NCBI RefSeq assembly: GCF_009834535.1
Contig: NC_045696.1
Location: 94,614,001-94,678,000 of the forward strand
Source of the DNA: Camelus ferus
Taxonomy: Eukaryota
DNA: 64,000 nt
Direction: 5' to 3'
The notes under the pieces were generated by a model that searched no databases, was not told the DNA's origin, and was given only the letters and a program-made list of their open reading frames with translations. Below are positions 38,690 through 48,600 of the stretch, piece after piece; within the stretch, counting starts at the first letter, position 1, and every line of letters begins with the position of its first letter. Position numbers and translations under genes: made by a program.

Positions 38690-38783
38690 TTTGTTTTCTC
38701 ATTAAAAAAAGAAAAAAGGCAGGGAACAAATTTCGCTTTGTTTTCTCATTAAACAAAGAAAGAAGGCAGGGAACAAATTTCGT
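38690..38783. repeat. 47-bp tandem duplication (2 copies, 3 mismatches)
   Basis: tttgttttctcattaaaaaaagaaaaaaggcagggaacaaatttcgc / tttgttttctcattaaacaaagaaagaaggcagggaacaaatttcgt. Confidence 0.95.
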
Positions 38784-40338
38784 TAAGTCTTTTTTTCCAT
38801 TTTCCCTTCTTCCTTTTGACATGAAAATATAAAAGTAAACGGACTTCTTAATTTCTAAATACTCAATTTTAGCTAATCTCCAAAAGTGAGTTGGAAACAG
38901 TGCAGTAGATTACAGAGTTCCACATGCAACAAACCTGTTAGTTACTTCAGCCTTATGGGATCTAGTTTTGTTTGCATATCCACACACCTTTCAAAGTAAA
39001 GTTCCAATTTTTAACAAATTTACCTACGCTATTGCCTGCCAGATGGCCCCAAAGGATTCTGTTATAATTGGTGGCACAGGTAACTGTGCTTTTCCATATA
39101 CTCCTACTGTTTAATATACAATATATTCTCACAGCTTATGGTGATAAAAGCACAAAGTTGTTGCTCTCTTGCCCGGCTCCCGCCTATTTAAGGATTAGTC
39201 CTTACACCACAGCTAACAGTATGTGCTTAATAAATGCTTGAATAATTGAACAATGAATGAATCAACTACAGCAATGTTTACCAATTTCCACTGTAACCAT
39301 ATTCTTAAGACAACCAAGGAACAATCTCCAGCTTTTTTGGGCACCTGTATTCTCAGTGCATCAATATTCTCGTCTACTTTTAAAAAATGTTTTTGCTATA
39401 TTCACACAATTACCACAAATCAACCAACCACACATTCTGAAACCTGTGATAAACTTAGGTATACATAATTTTGCCAGGTAATTCATTTAAAGTGTAAAAA
39501 ATAGCAAGTTTAGTCAATTGGACAAAAAAGCATGTGCTTTCTACTTCCCTATTTTAAGAAAAATATTTCCTCAGAGATTTAAGACCAAAGGAAAAATATA
39601 AATAGCTGCTCCCTCCAATTTGCAAAACAGATTAACACTCACAGTTCCAGCAGAGTAAGATGTGTAATAAGACAAGATGTGTGGCATTGTTTTATGCTGT
39701 GCATTGTTCCAGAATGGATAACCACAGAACTACATGACACTGAATTGAATGATTCCTGGAAAGTCTGATACGAAACTGAATGTATGTATTTACACACACA
39801 CCCCCCTATACATATAGACACACACATGTGCTTACTATGACCTGAAGATTTAAATTCTTAAATACAAATTCTTTTTTTAAAATCCTTGCTAGGGAGCAAA
39901 GTTAAACTTCTTGCCTTTTAATTTTGAAGTAAGAGAAGACAAACCCTTGAACCCTTTATCAAAGACATTCTTCTCAAAATTGTTTTTTTTTTTTTTGAGA
40001 AAATGTTGATTCTGATTATTTAGGCCATTCTCCTATTCTGATCATTTATTCATGTCTGTTACCTTCTGAATTAACACCAAAACCCACAACCAAACTGTTC
40101 ACAGACTAATGTGACAATGGTCACTCAGCCAGCAATGTGTCTATCCCATTCATACTCCACAGTTTACAGTCTCAGCGTCACTGGTATATGTCCTCAGTGG
40201 CTATAGATTTCAGCCAAGATTGTGCCATGACTTTGTGGTAGGCAGCACTATAAAATGTGTGACATGGGTCTTAAGTCTGTATCTCTAAATATTTACGTAG
40301 CTCTTAGTGAAGTACTCATTCGGAGCTTGGGCTAGATC

Positions 40339-40514
40339 ATTGGGTCTCAGAATGTAGTCCCTGGAACAGCTGTATCAGCATCACCTGGAAACTTGTTAGA
40401 AATGAAAATTATGAGACCACACCCAGACATACTGGGTAAGAAACTAAAGGAAGGGCCAAGACTCGTTTTCACTCCACGTGGTTTTGATACACGGTCAAGT
40501 TTGAGATACTCTGG
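40339..40514. mobile_element. MER5A MITE
   Basis: 'gtccctgga.cagc...atcagcatcacctggaaacttgttagaaatg...caagtttgaga'. Confidence 0.75.
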
Positions 40515-41701
40515 CCCAGACGCTCCCTCAAGCCTTCTCCAACTAGCAAAATCCTACTGTCGGCAGATCAAGTGTATCTTCTAGAACTAGCACCATGTTC
40601 AATTAAATACCTTTGATTACTCCCAGTAGTCTGAGTAAAACATCATAACCAAAAATGTCACATTCTATTTGTAATACTTAAACTTTGCTACATTTTCACC
40701 AGGACGAAATTCATACTGGCAGGCTTTTCCCAATTAAGTAGACACTGTGACCAGTGTTTGAACTCATTTTAACTAACCGCGGTGATCTCCAAATTAAACC
40801 CTCATATTTGTAAGTAGGGGGCTTATTCTAGTTGTGAAAAGTAAAGAGATCCTTTTATGACAGTTAAGGTCCAGGCATTTTTTTTTACCTATTTCTTTAG
40901 ACCAACTGTGACATATAGTGTTCTCTCACTTTCCCAGCCCATCTGTGAGAAATACGGGAACTTATCTCAAAGGGGGGTGCAATCACATGCTGGTGAACGC
41001 ACTTATAAAACTACCTGAACAGTTCAAGTCAATGAGGCATTTTAGGATTCCTACCGACAGGAAAGGTTAACAAACCAGGCAGCATGAAACCTCACACACT
41101 GAAAGAATTCTAACCCCCAACAGACCTGGTCCTAAAATGTGATTCACTGGAGTCTACTTCAGCAGTTAACAAGGGGGACATTGTTGTACTGAAGAACCGT
41201 AACTCCCAAACATGAAAACGTTAGACTTCCCATGATACCTTCAACTTCTCTGAGGCCGTTACAAAAGGGAGAAGAAAAACAATCCTTTGAAATGACATCA
41301 AGCTTCATGACAGTCAGGGACCAAAAGGAAAAGCTGTTAAAAAACAGCAGGGGTCAAGTTTAAAAGTTAACTTTTGCTCCCCAAGATAAAGGTTCCTTTC
41401 CCACCCAGTTTTTGTTTTGACAGGTGACTGCCTTCCAGCAAACTCCTCCCTCCCCCGCCCCGCCTTCCTTTAACACTCTTAAGACAGCCCAACTTTTCTG
41501 CGGAAACAAAGGCTCTTATCTCTTCACACCGAAATACCAGAAGGGGTTCTTACTCACCAAGTAAACTGACATATTCTTAAAAACAAATGTCCCTAATTTC
41601 TCTCAACTTTGTCAAATATCGGAGAAGTCTACAAAACTCAGTACTCTTTTCCTGCTCCAGGCACACACACAAAATTGTTTTCATTGAGAATCCAGAAAGC
41701 A

Positions 41702-41707
41702 TTTATT
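41702..41707 (-). terminator. Candidate RAP2B polyadenylation signal AATAAA
   Basis: Minus strand ...TACTGTAAAATAAATGCTTTCTGG..., with upstream UGUA and a downstream GU-rich element (TTTTGTGTGTG). Confidence 0.55.
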
Positions 41708-43767
41708 TTACAGTACTCAGTAAAAGCATATTAAAATCTTCTGCCTTGCCATCCCAGACCTATAAAGAATTTAGTCATGTAAGTGACTAAATCCTGTGTG
41801 AAGATGATTAATGCAACCAGCAACCAATTTCCCATTTTCAAAAATTCCCTGTCAGGAGTATACACACTTCTTAAGTTAGATACTTGGCAGCATTTTATGT
41901 CAAAAGGCTTCCAAAAAACCAAAACAAAATCAGAAGGAAGTCACTAAATGCCTCTTAAAAAAATCCTTGACGTAGTATTTGATATATGTTTTCAGAATTT
42001 TCAACACTTTAGATCTACAGGAGCAACTAAATTTACAGAAATGAAGGAATGAACCTTTGCAAAGGCATAAATTGGAATAATTTCTCCTAATTTCTATATT
42101 TAGCGTACATACACTGCCTTCCAAATGAGTTTCATACTAAACTTAAGTGGGATCATGAGTGAACAAAATGGCCCGAGGACCAAACCCAGGCAGAACTCTC
42201 CATTCCTTGTCCATGCTGGAATTCTGAGATGTCGCCTGGGCAAAGGACACAACATTTTAAGGCAAGATATGTTAACACAGCTTTAAAGAAACCTGTGGCC
42301 TGTAATTTCTTTTGGTTTCCTCTACAGAATAAATCTGTCAAAAGACGCTTCAGAAGATTTCATCTATACCTGTTGGGCCTAAGGTATATCAAGTGCTCTC
42401 GACAGCCAGTTGCACAACTTTTTTTATTTGATGGAGGTTATATTAGTAAAGCGGCCCTTAAGAAAAATAAAATACAAAATAAAAAGCTCACACTGCCTCC
42501 TGCTGTTAGTAGGAAAACTTCAGAGGTCAAAATGGTCCACAAACTGCACAGTGTAATGAGAGCAAGAGGCTTGTCTTAGTTTTTTCTTTTTCTCTTCTTT
42601 TGTAACCTAATGATCTATTTCCAAATCAAAGCCTTTAGGGTGGATACTGTCCACAACCCATACAAATGTACTGCAGGCAACACTTCTAGGTAAGACATCG
42701 GAATTGCAAATTATCTTCCCCAAGCATGCTTTTGACTGTATGTGATGTAATCTAAACAAAACAAAACAAACAAACCAGAAGGAGAAGAAGAAATAAAGAA
42801 AAGAAAAAGGAAAATTAAAAGCACTTCTTTGCCTGGCCAGGTGGATGGTTACTTTCCCACATCTTAGCAGTTAGTTTCTCCCCGTCCCTACCTGAGACAA
42901 ACTGCTCCAAGGCAGCAGAACAGATTCAATATCCTATTCATCTTGTAATCACAGGGTATGGTCTTACCCCAGGGCATCCTCACCTTGACTTTTTTCCATG
43001 TTTAAGGAGTTGGGAGTAATGTCACCCAACTTGTCACTGAGACACTTCTTTCTTTAAAATTTGACAAACCACTCCTGGGGGCACCGTGCACCTACCTGCC
43101 CCTGTCCTCCTCAGCCATGATACTGTATTAAATCACTGAATATGGAAACAAAAACACAAACAATAGTTTTGGATTTGTTTCTTTAAAAATGACAACTGTA
43201 TTCAAAAATCTTAAAATGAAGAGACAATGATTAAATGAGTGTCTGGAATCAAAAATTACAAGTTGTTAGAATTCTCATGGCACATCACAACAGTAAAATT
43301 TTGCTCTTGGCTTCTGGAGGAACACCCTATAACAGAATATCAAAACTTAAAAAAATAATATAAAAGGGGCGCTAAATACCTGGACATTGGAACAAAATGA
43401 AGCAAAACAAAAATAAAAACAAAAAAGAAAGGAAAAAAAAAAAAACAACCCAACCCATTGCAAGACAAGTAAAAGGCTGGAAATAATAAAGAAATTCACC
43501 AAACAACAGGCCCTATTGTCCTGGCTCCTTCAGGAAGATTACTGAAAGGAAACTGGGAAGTGGTTTGGGGGAACAGCAAATTCTGGAATCTGGTGGGAAG
43601 TTCACAGGTTGGCACCGGCTGGAACAGCTGAGTTTTGAAGGCACTCTGCAGACACAGGGGTGCTGGGGGCCCTGAATCACATTTGTGAAGTCTTTGTACT
43701 GTATTTTAAAGAGCTAGTCATCAAAACCTGTTACTGCCAACCAGTGAGAACAAAAAGCTAACTATAA

Positions 43768-43797
43768 ACACACACACACACACACGCACGCACACAC
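43768..43797. repeat. (CA)n/(CACG) microsatellite, read as a GU repeat in the RAP2B mRNA
   Basis: Directly visible. Confidence 0.9.
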
Positions 43798-44652
43798 AAC
43801 AGTACACACAAGAATGTGCAGATCTGTAACATTTTTTTTCACAGCTGATAAAAAAAAATACTACCGTTCTCCCCCAGACTCCCCTTTGATACAGTAGGTA
43901 AACAAAATAGATTTTTTTTTTCCACAAATATCAGCAGACACTTTCTGGCACCCCACACTGTATTGGCATCAGTGTTAACAGTCCCAGTTCAGATGTGCAA
44001 TACTTCAGATTGGATACACTGTAACAAGAATCCAACTTTGCATAGACATCCTCAGAATCGCAATCAGTCACGGGGTTGCCCTTCCAAGCTGGCAGAAAAG
44101 GAACCCGATCTTAATTTCCAGTTACTCCTGGAAAACAAGGAAAAAACAAAAGTTTCTTCCTCTCCTCCTGCTCCTTCATTTGGTTCTCCGGACTTCCTTC
44201 CGTGTATTTAAAACTTGGAACTAGAAAAACGGTTGTTGACAGAAAAAAAAAAATCCCCCCCCTTTCCACCTTCTCCCCGTCCTCTTCCTCCCCCACCCCA
44301 TTTTTTTCTTTCCAGGCTGAAACTTTCGCTGGCCGGTGTCAAACTGCCAGTACAGCGCCCTAACGGCTGCTTCAACGGGGAAATAATGCGTCAACCAAAA
44401 TCAATGAGAAACGTACAAGCCGCAAAGAGCCACATTTCCACCGGGTCTCCGATGGTCAGGACGGGACACCCCCTCGGACACGGGGCAGAGGCAAGGGACT
44501 CGGCCATGGAGGCCAGCCGGGCTCCCAGAACACTCTGGCCAATGCAAAGTCGTCTCCAATCTCAAAGCAAGAAGAGAAATCACATTTAGAGAGTCGGGTG
44601 CGTTTGGCTTTTGTGCGCAGAGCGCGGCCGGCGCGCGGCGGCCGCGGGCGCC

Positions 44653-45204
44653 TCAGAGGATCACGCAGGCCGAGCAGCAGCCCTCGTCGCCGTTGGGCTG
44701 CGCCGCGTAGTTCATCTGCCGCACGATCTCGGCGAACAGCTCGTCCACCGAGGCTTTGTTTTTGGCAGACGTCTCCATGAAGGGGCAGCTCCACTCCTCG
44801 GCCAGGGCCTTGCCCTCGCCGTAGGAGACCTCGCGTTCGCCCTCCAGGTCCACCTTGTTGCCTACCAGGATCATGGGCACGCGCTCGTACCGCTTCACGC
44901 GGATGATCTGGTCCCGCATGGGCTTAATATCCTGGAAGCTCTGCTGGTTAACGAGGCTGTAGACGAGGATGAAGCCCTGGCCGTTCTTGATATACAGGTC
45001 CCGCATGGACGCGAACTGCTCCGTGCCTGCCGTGTCCAGAATCTCCAGCACCGACGGCGACGAGTCCACCTCGATCTCTTTGCGGTAGAAGTCCTCGATG
45101 GTGGGGTCGTACTTCTCGATGAAGGAGCCGGTCACGAACTGCACCGTGAGCGCGGACTTACCCACGCCGCCCGAGCCCAGCACCACCACTTTGTACTCTC
45201 TCAT
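44653..45204 (-). CDS. RAP2B: Ras-related protein Rap-2b, 183 aa, single coding exon
   Basis: G1 GSGGVGKS, effector YDPTIED, G3 DTAGTEQ, G4 NKVD, G5 ETSAK. The C-terminus [10 protein letters not shown] (palmitoylated Cys pair plus CVIL CAAX) is RAP2B-specific (RAP2A ends CNIQ). Kozak context GCCATGA; intact ORF. Confidence 0.99.
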
Positions 45205-45726
45205 GGCTCCGTCGGCGCTCTCGCCGCGCCTGCCGCGGCCCCGTCGGGGCTGCGCGCCGGAGGAAGGCTGGGCTTGGTGGCTGGACTTCTCTCCTTCCTC
45301 AGATCCGCAGGAAAAACTCAGGAGAGGATGGTGGAGCAGCGCTGGGCGCGGAAATCACCGAGCGGGCGCCGGGCTGGCCAGTGGCGGCGGCGCGTCCCTA
45401 AGGCGCGGGACCGGGGCCCCGCAGCAGCCCACGGCGGCAGCGGCAGCTTGGGCGGCGGATCGGGAGGACAATGCCGGCAGCCGGTGCAAGGCGACGGCTG
45501 CAGCTTCTCGCCGCAGCAGCCCGAGAGGACGAGGAGGCGGCGGCGGCGGGCTGCGGAGGCGGCTGCTAATTGCGCGCCGGACCAGGACGCGCGTGGCATG
45601 AGTCCCTGCAGAGCGTGCGCCCACCGCCACGGCCCATCGAGCTCTCTCCCGCAGCCTCCGCGGGGCGAGGGCTTCCTACTCGCCGCGCGCAGCCCGGCCC
45701 GCCCCGCCTCGGCGAGCATGCCCAGT

Positions 45727-45728
<2 letters not shown>

Positions 45729-45758
<30 letters not shown>
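45729..45758. repeat. (GCC)10 trinucleotide repeat near the RAP2B TSS
   Basis: Ten uninterrupted GCC units counted. Confidence 0.95.
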
Positions 45759-45762
<4 letters not shown>

Positions 45763-46419
45763 GCGCCAGCCGGATCCCCTACTCCTGGTTTTCCGGGGGG
45801 CCGGGAGGGGGCGGGACTAGGGGTGGAGCTCGCGATTTGAGTCCGGACTAGCGGATTCCGGAGAGGCGCGAGTCTAGGAGCTGGATGAGAAAAGTGTTGG
45901 GGTCAGTAGGCGTTTGAGATCGGCTGGGAGAGCTCCAGTGGGAGGATGGAGGCCGCCTTCTTTCGAGGCTCTGGGGTTCGTGCATAGGGGCTCCGGCTCC
46001 GCAAGAAAAGGGTGGGCGCAGCGGGCCACCCCGGGAGTGAAGTGGCCTGGGCTCTTGCTCCCCCCATTATCCAAAGCCCGTGAACTCCACTCCCTGAGCT
46101 TCTGGTGGTTGTGCGTCCTCGGGCCGTCTCCAAAGGAATTTTGGGTGAATGACTGGAGGGCGGAGCACCTTCCCCCACCCAAGGCACAGCTCTTTCTACC
46201 CAGCCTTCTCTGTCTGACTCTTTCCACACTTCATCCCCAGACAAAGAAAACAGGAACACTGGGCCTGAAACCCTGTCCCCACGAGGGAAGGGGTAGTCTC
46301 CAGCGACCGGAGCCCTCTCCCGGCTAGGGCTCGGCGGACCCCACCCACCTCCCCACTTGGCTAGGGCCAAAACCCGGAGAGCAGATCGCGTCCTGACCCA
46401 GAAGTGGCGGCGGCGCCTG

Positions 46420-46439
46420 CAACTAGTCGGGGCATGCTC
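46420..46439. promoter_or_regulatory. p53 response element (two decamers, zero spacer)
   Basis: CAACTAGTCG + GGGCATGCTC matches RRRCWWGYYY x2 at 18/20 with both CWWG cores intact; RAP2B is a reported p53 target. Confidence 0.75.
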
Positions 46440-46534
46440 AGTGGGCTGAGCAGGTTTTGGGGCTTGAAAGTAGGAAGCCTGTGCACCGCACACCCACACT
46501 CCAGCTCAAATTACCTCTCCCAAGCTCAGGACCC

Positions 46535-46659
46535 ATTGGTCCCGGGGCCCAAATCGCACACCCTCGAATGTCCTCCCATTGGTTACTGCCAAGGATTTTT
46601 CAGTTTGGGCTGCTTCATTGGCTAAAAAGTAGCCTCCGCTGGTGATTGGTTATTTATAG
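46535..46659. promoter_or_regulatory. Cluster of four CCAAT (NF-Y) boxes plus a TATA/MEF2-like element
   Basis: ATTGG at 46535, 46578, 46617 and 46645; TTATTTATAG at 46650-46659. Confidence 0.55.
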
Positions 46660-47639
46660 AGATTGAGTTGAGAGGCGGAGGCACAGCTGTTCTTTCTCTG
46701 CTACTCCCCCGCCCCCTTCCTCCCACTTCCCCAACCTAGTCGTTTTGAAGCTAAGAGTGAAAAAACAAGAGGAATTTAGGCGGAGAGCTCGGAGCTAAAT
46801 ATAGTCCTTTGTTGGTATTTTCGAGAGAGTCTGACTTCTCAGTGCCTAGTCACGACTGTCCGTTAAAGGGAGCTGGTTACAGTTCTTGGTCCTCAAGAAA
46901 CAGCAAAGTTTCCAAATTTTTTCTTTTCTTTTTTGCAGGGAAGGGGAGGGGCTAGGATGTGGAAGTGGGCCACTCTGAATTCATCTCACCCGGGGGTGGG
47001 GGTGGGGGAATGCCCAGGCTTGCCTTTAGAAAAACGTCTTTGCTTTGGGGCGGGCATTCGTTAGACTGGGCTCGGCTCACACTCAAGGGAGGTACCAGAG
47101 AGATGCCTCGACTTGCTCGAGTCTCTCCCTCCTCGCGGAGGAGAGATGTCAAGACCTGTCAAAAGACTGAGCGACGTTAGCATGAGCCCCAGGGCGAAAG
47201 GGTGGGAGGGGACCAAGCTGCGTCAACCCTGGCTCCGTATCCTGCCTTTTTTATTCGATGCCACTTCCCACTGGTTTAACCGTCCGCATCGGAGGGATAA
47301 ACCAGGCCGTGTGCTAACTCTTGGTTTCAGTTCCCTAGTCCCGCGGTGACTCACGGTGACGTTTGCGAGTTAACCTTTTACGACCCCCCAGCCGTAGCTC
47401 GCAGAGTGCAAGGCTGCAGCGTGAAGTCCTGGCCAAGGGACCCGGCAGGTCTCGGGCAGCAGCCAACGCTTTGGGTAGGGTGGGTGGAGCCCATCTCTGC
47501 GCCTGGCCCCCCTATTTAGTGTAGAGAGGGGCTATCAGAGTGCTTGGCTTTAGTTATGCTAATATAATTCTCCAGAAACCTTTCAAGGCAGATTCACCTA
47601 ATACAGCTGGAGAGAACCTCACCTTTACCCAGCGTTTAA

Positions 47640-47842
47640 TGTCTGCCAGGCGTTTTATATAAGCTATCTTATTTACTCCTCATAAAAATAATTATACCTA
47701 TTTTGAGGATGAGGGAACGGAGCCCTTAAGATGTTGGGTAACTGGCCTGAGGTTACACAGCTAGTGAGTGTCCACGCTAGGATCCCAACCCAAGCGTTTC
47801 GCTGCAGAATCTGGTCTTGTAACCATCAGGCAATACTACCTT
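47640..47842 (-). mobile_element. MIR SINE
   Basis: 'cctattttgaggatgagggaacggagcc...gtaactggcctgaggttacacagctagt'. Confidence 0.75.
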
Positions 47843-48434
47843 CTCACCAGCAGGTTCCCAGATTTTACTCTGTTTTAGGTTGAATCCTGAGGTAGTGTGA
47901 TCACACTGGCTCTTAAACCTAAGCGAGAGGGACCTCTGCCCACGGCCACCCTAGGGCTCTCATCTGACAGTGCCCCTTCCCACAGGATCAGGGAGCTTGA
48001 ACCTCGAGACCATGCCCCAGTCAGCATTCTGGAATCCCCTGCCTAGTGTACCGAACCCTCTTTCAAGATCTGCTTGGACCTCTAAACTCACTCCTGAGTG
48101 CAGGTATGGGTTTTTCTTGGAGTGTGGATGGTGCTTGGACCTCAGGGCTGAAAGGTGTCCTCCTAGGCACTTTGGGCTCATCCTACGCGCAGGAAGAGGG
48201 GTCCCTTGGAGTCCACTTTCCCTTCCCTATCGGCTTCCAGCCTGGACCTTGGAAGAGTCCGAGAATTCGTGATTCACACTTGACCATCCAGGTCCTTGCA
48301 AAGAATTATTTGTCAAGGTGGGAGGATAGACCATATTTTAACAGCTTGCTATCTTGATCTATAACTGAAATACTTAGGTGAATGCTGTGTAGGCCTGTTT
48401 GTCCTCTTGCCCACAAACAGGTGTGGTTCTGAGT

Positions 48435-48600
48435 GTAATACAGTAGAAGATGTTTTGCCCTTACAGGCCAGGTTCCAATCTCAGGTATTGGATATCAGGT
48501 ATTTTCTGTGACCTTCGGCAAGCCCCTTAGGTGTTCCTGACCTTAGTTTCCCTATCTGTAAAGTGGTGATAATAAAATCTGCCCCACCCACCTAGCCACC
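48435..48600 (+). mobile_element. MIR SINE fragment
   Basis: 'ctgtgaccttcggcaag...ccttagtttccctatctgtaaagtgg'. Confidence 0.65.

Larger units (their letters stand above)
37260..44652 (-). other. RAP2B: Putative long 3' UTR of RAP2B (distal end uncertain)
   Basis: Repeat-poor, U-rich on the minus strand, with AATAAA candidates at 42423, 41702, 40045 and 37281; human RAP2B is known to have a multi-kb 3' UTR. Confidence 0.5.
44420..46460. promoter_or_regulatory. CpG island covering the RAP2B promoter, 5' UTR and whole CDS
   Basis: Very high GC and CpG density versus AT-rich flanks; GC boxes at ~45697-45708 and 45808-45815. Confidence 0.92.

Noticed and set aside
38690..38783. CRISPR-like or other repeat array
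   Set aside because: Only two adjacent copies, no spacers, no cas genes, and the DNA is mammalian.
44653..45204. Processed pseudogene of RAP2A or RAP2C
   Set aside because: Intact ORF, RAP2B-specific C-terminus, CpG-island promoter and no poly(A)/TSD; RAP2B is natively intronless.
44611..45840. 409-aa plus-strand ORF antisense to RAP2B
   Set aside because: GTG start, low-complexity Ala/Gly/Arg/Pro content, and explained as a shadow of GC3-rich codons and the CpG island; no recognisable domain.
45874..46645. Overlapping 60-198 aa ORFs upstream of RAP2B
   Set aside because: Expected by chance in GC-rich DNA; mostly non-ATG starts and no recognisable homology.
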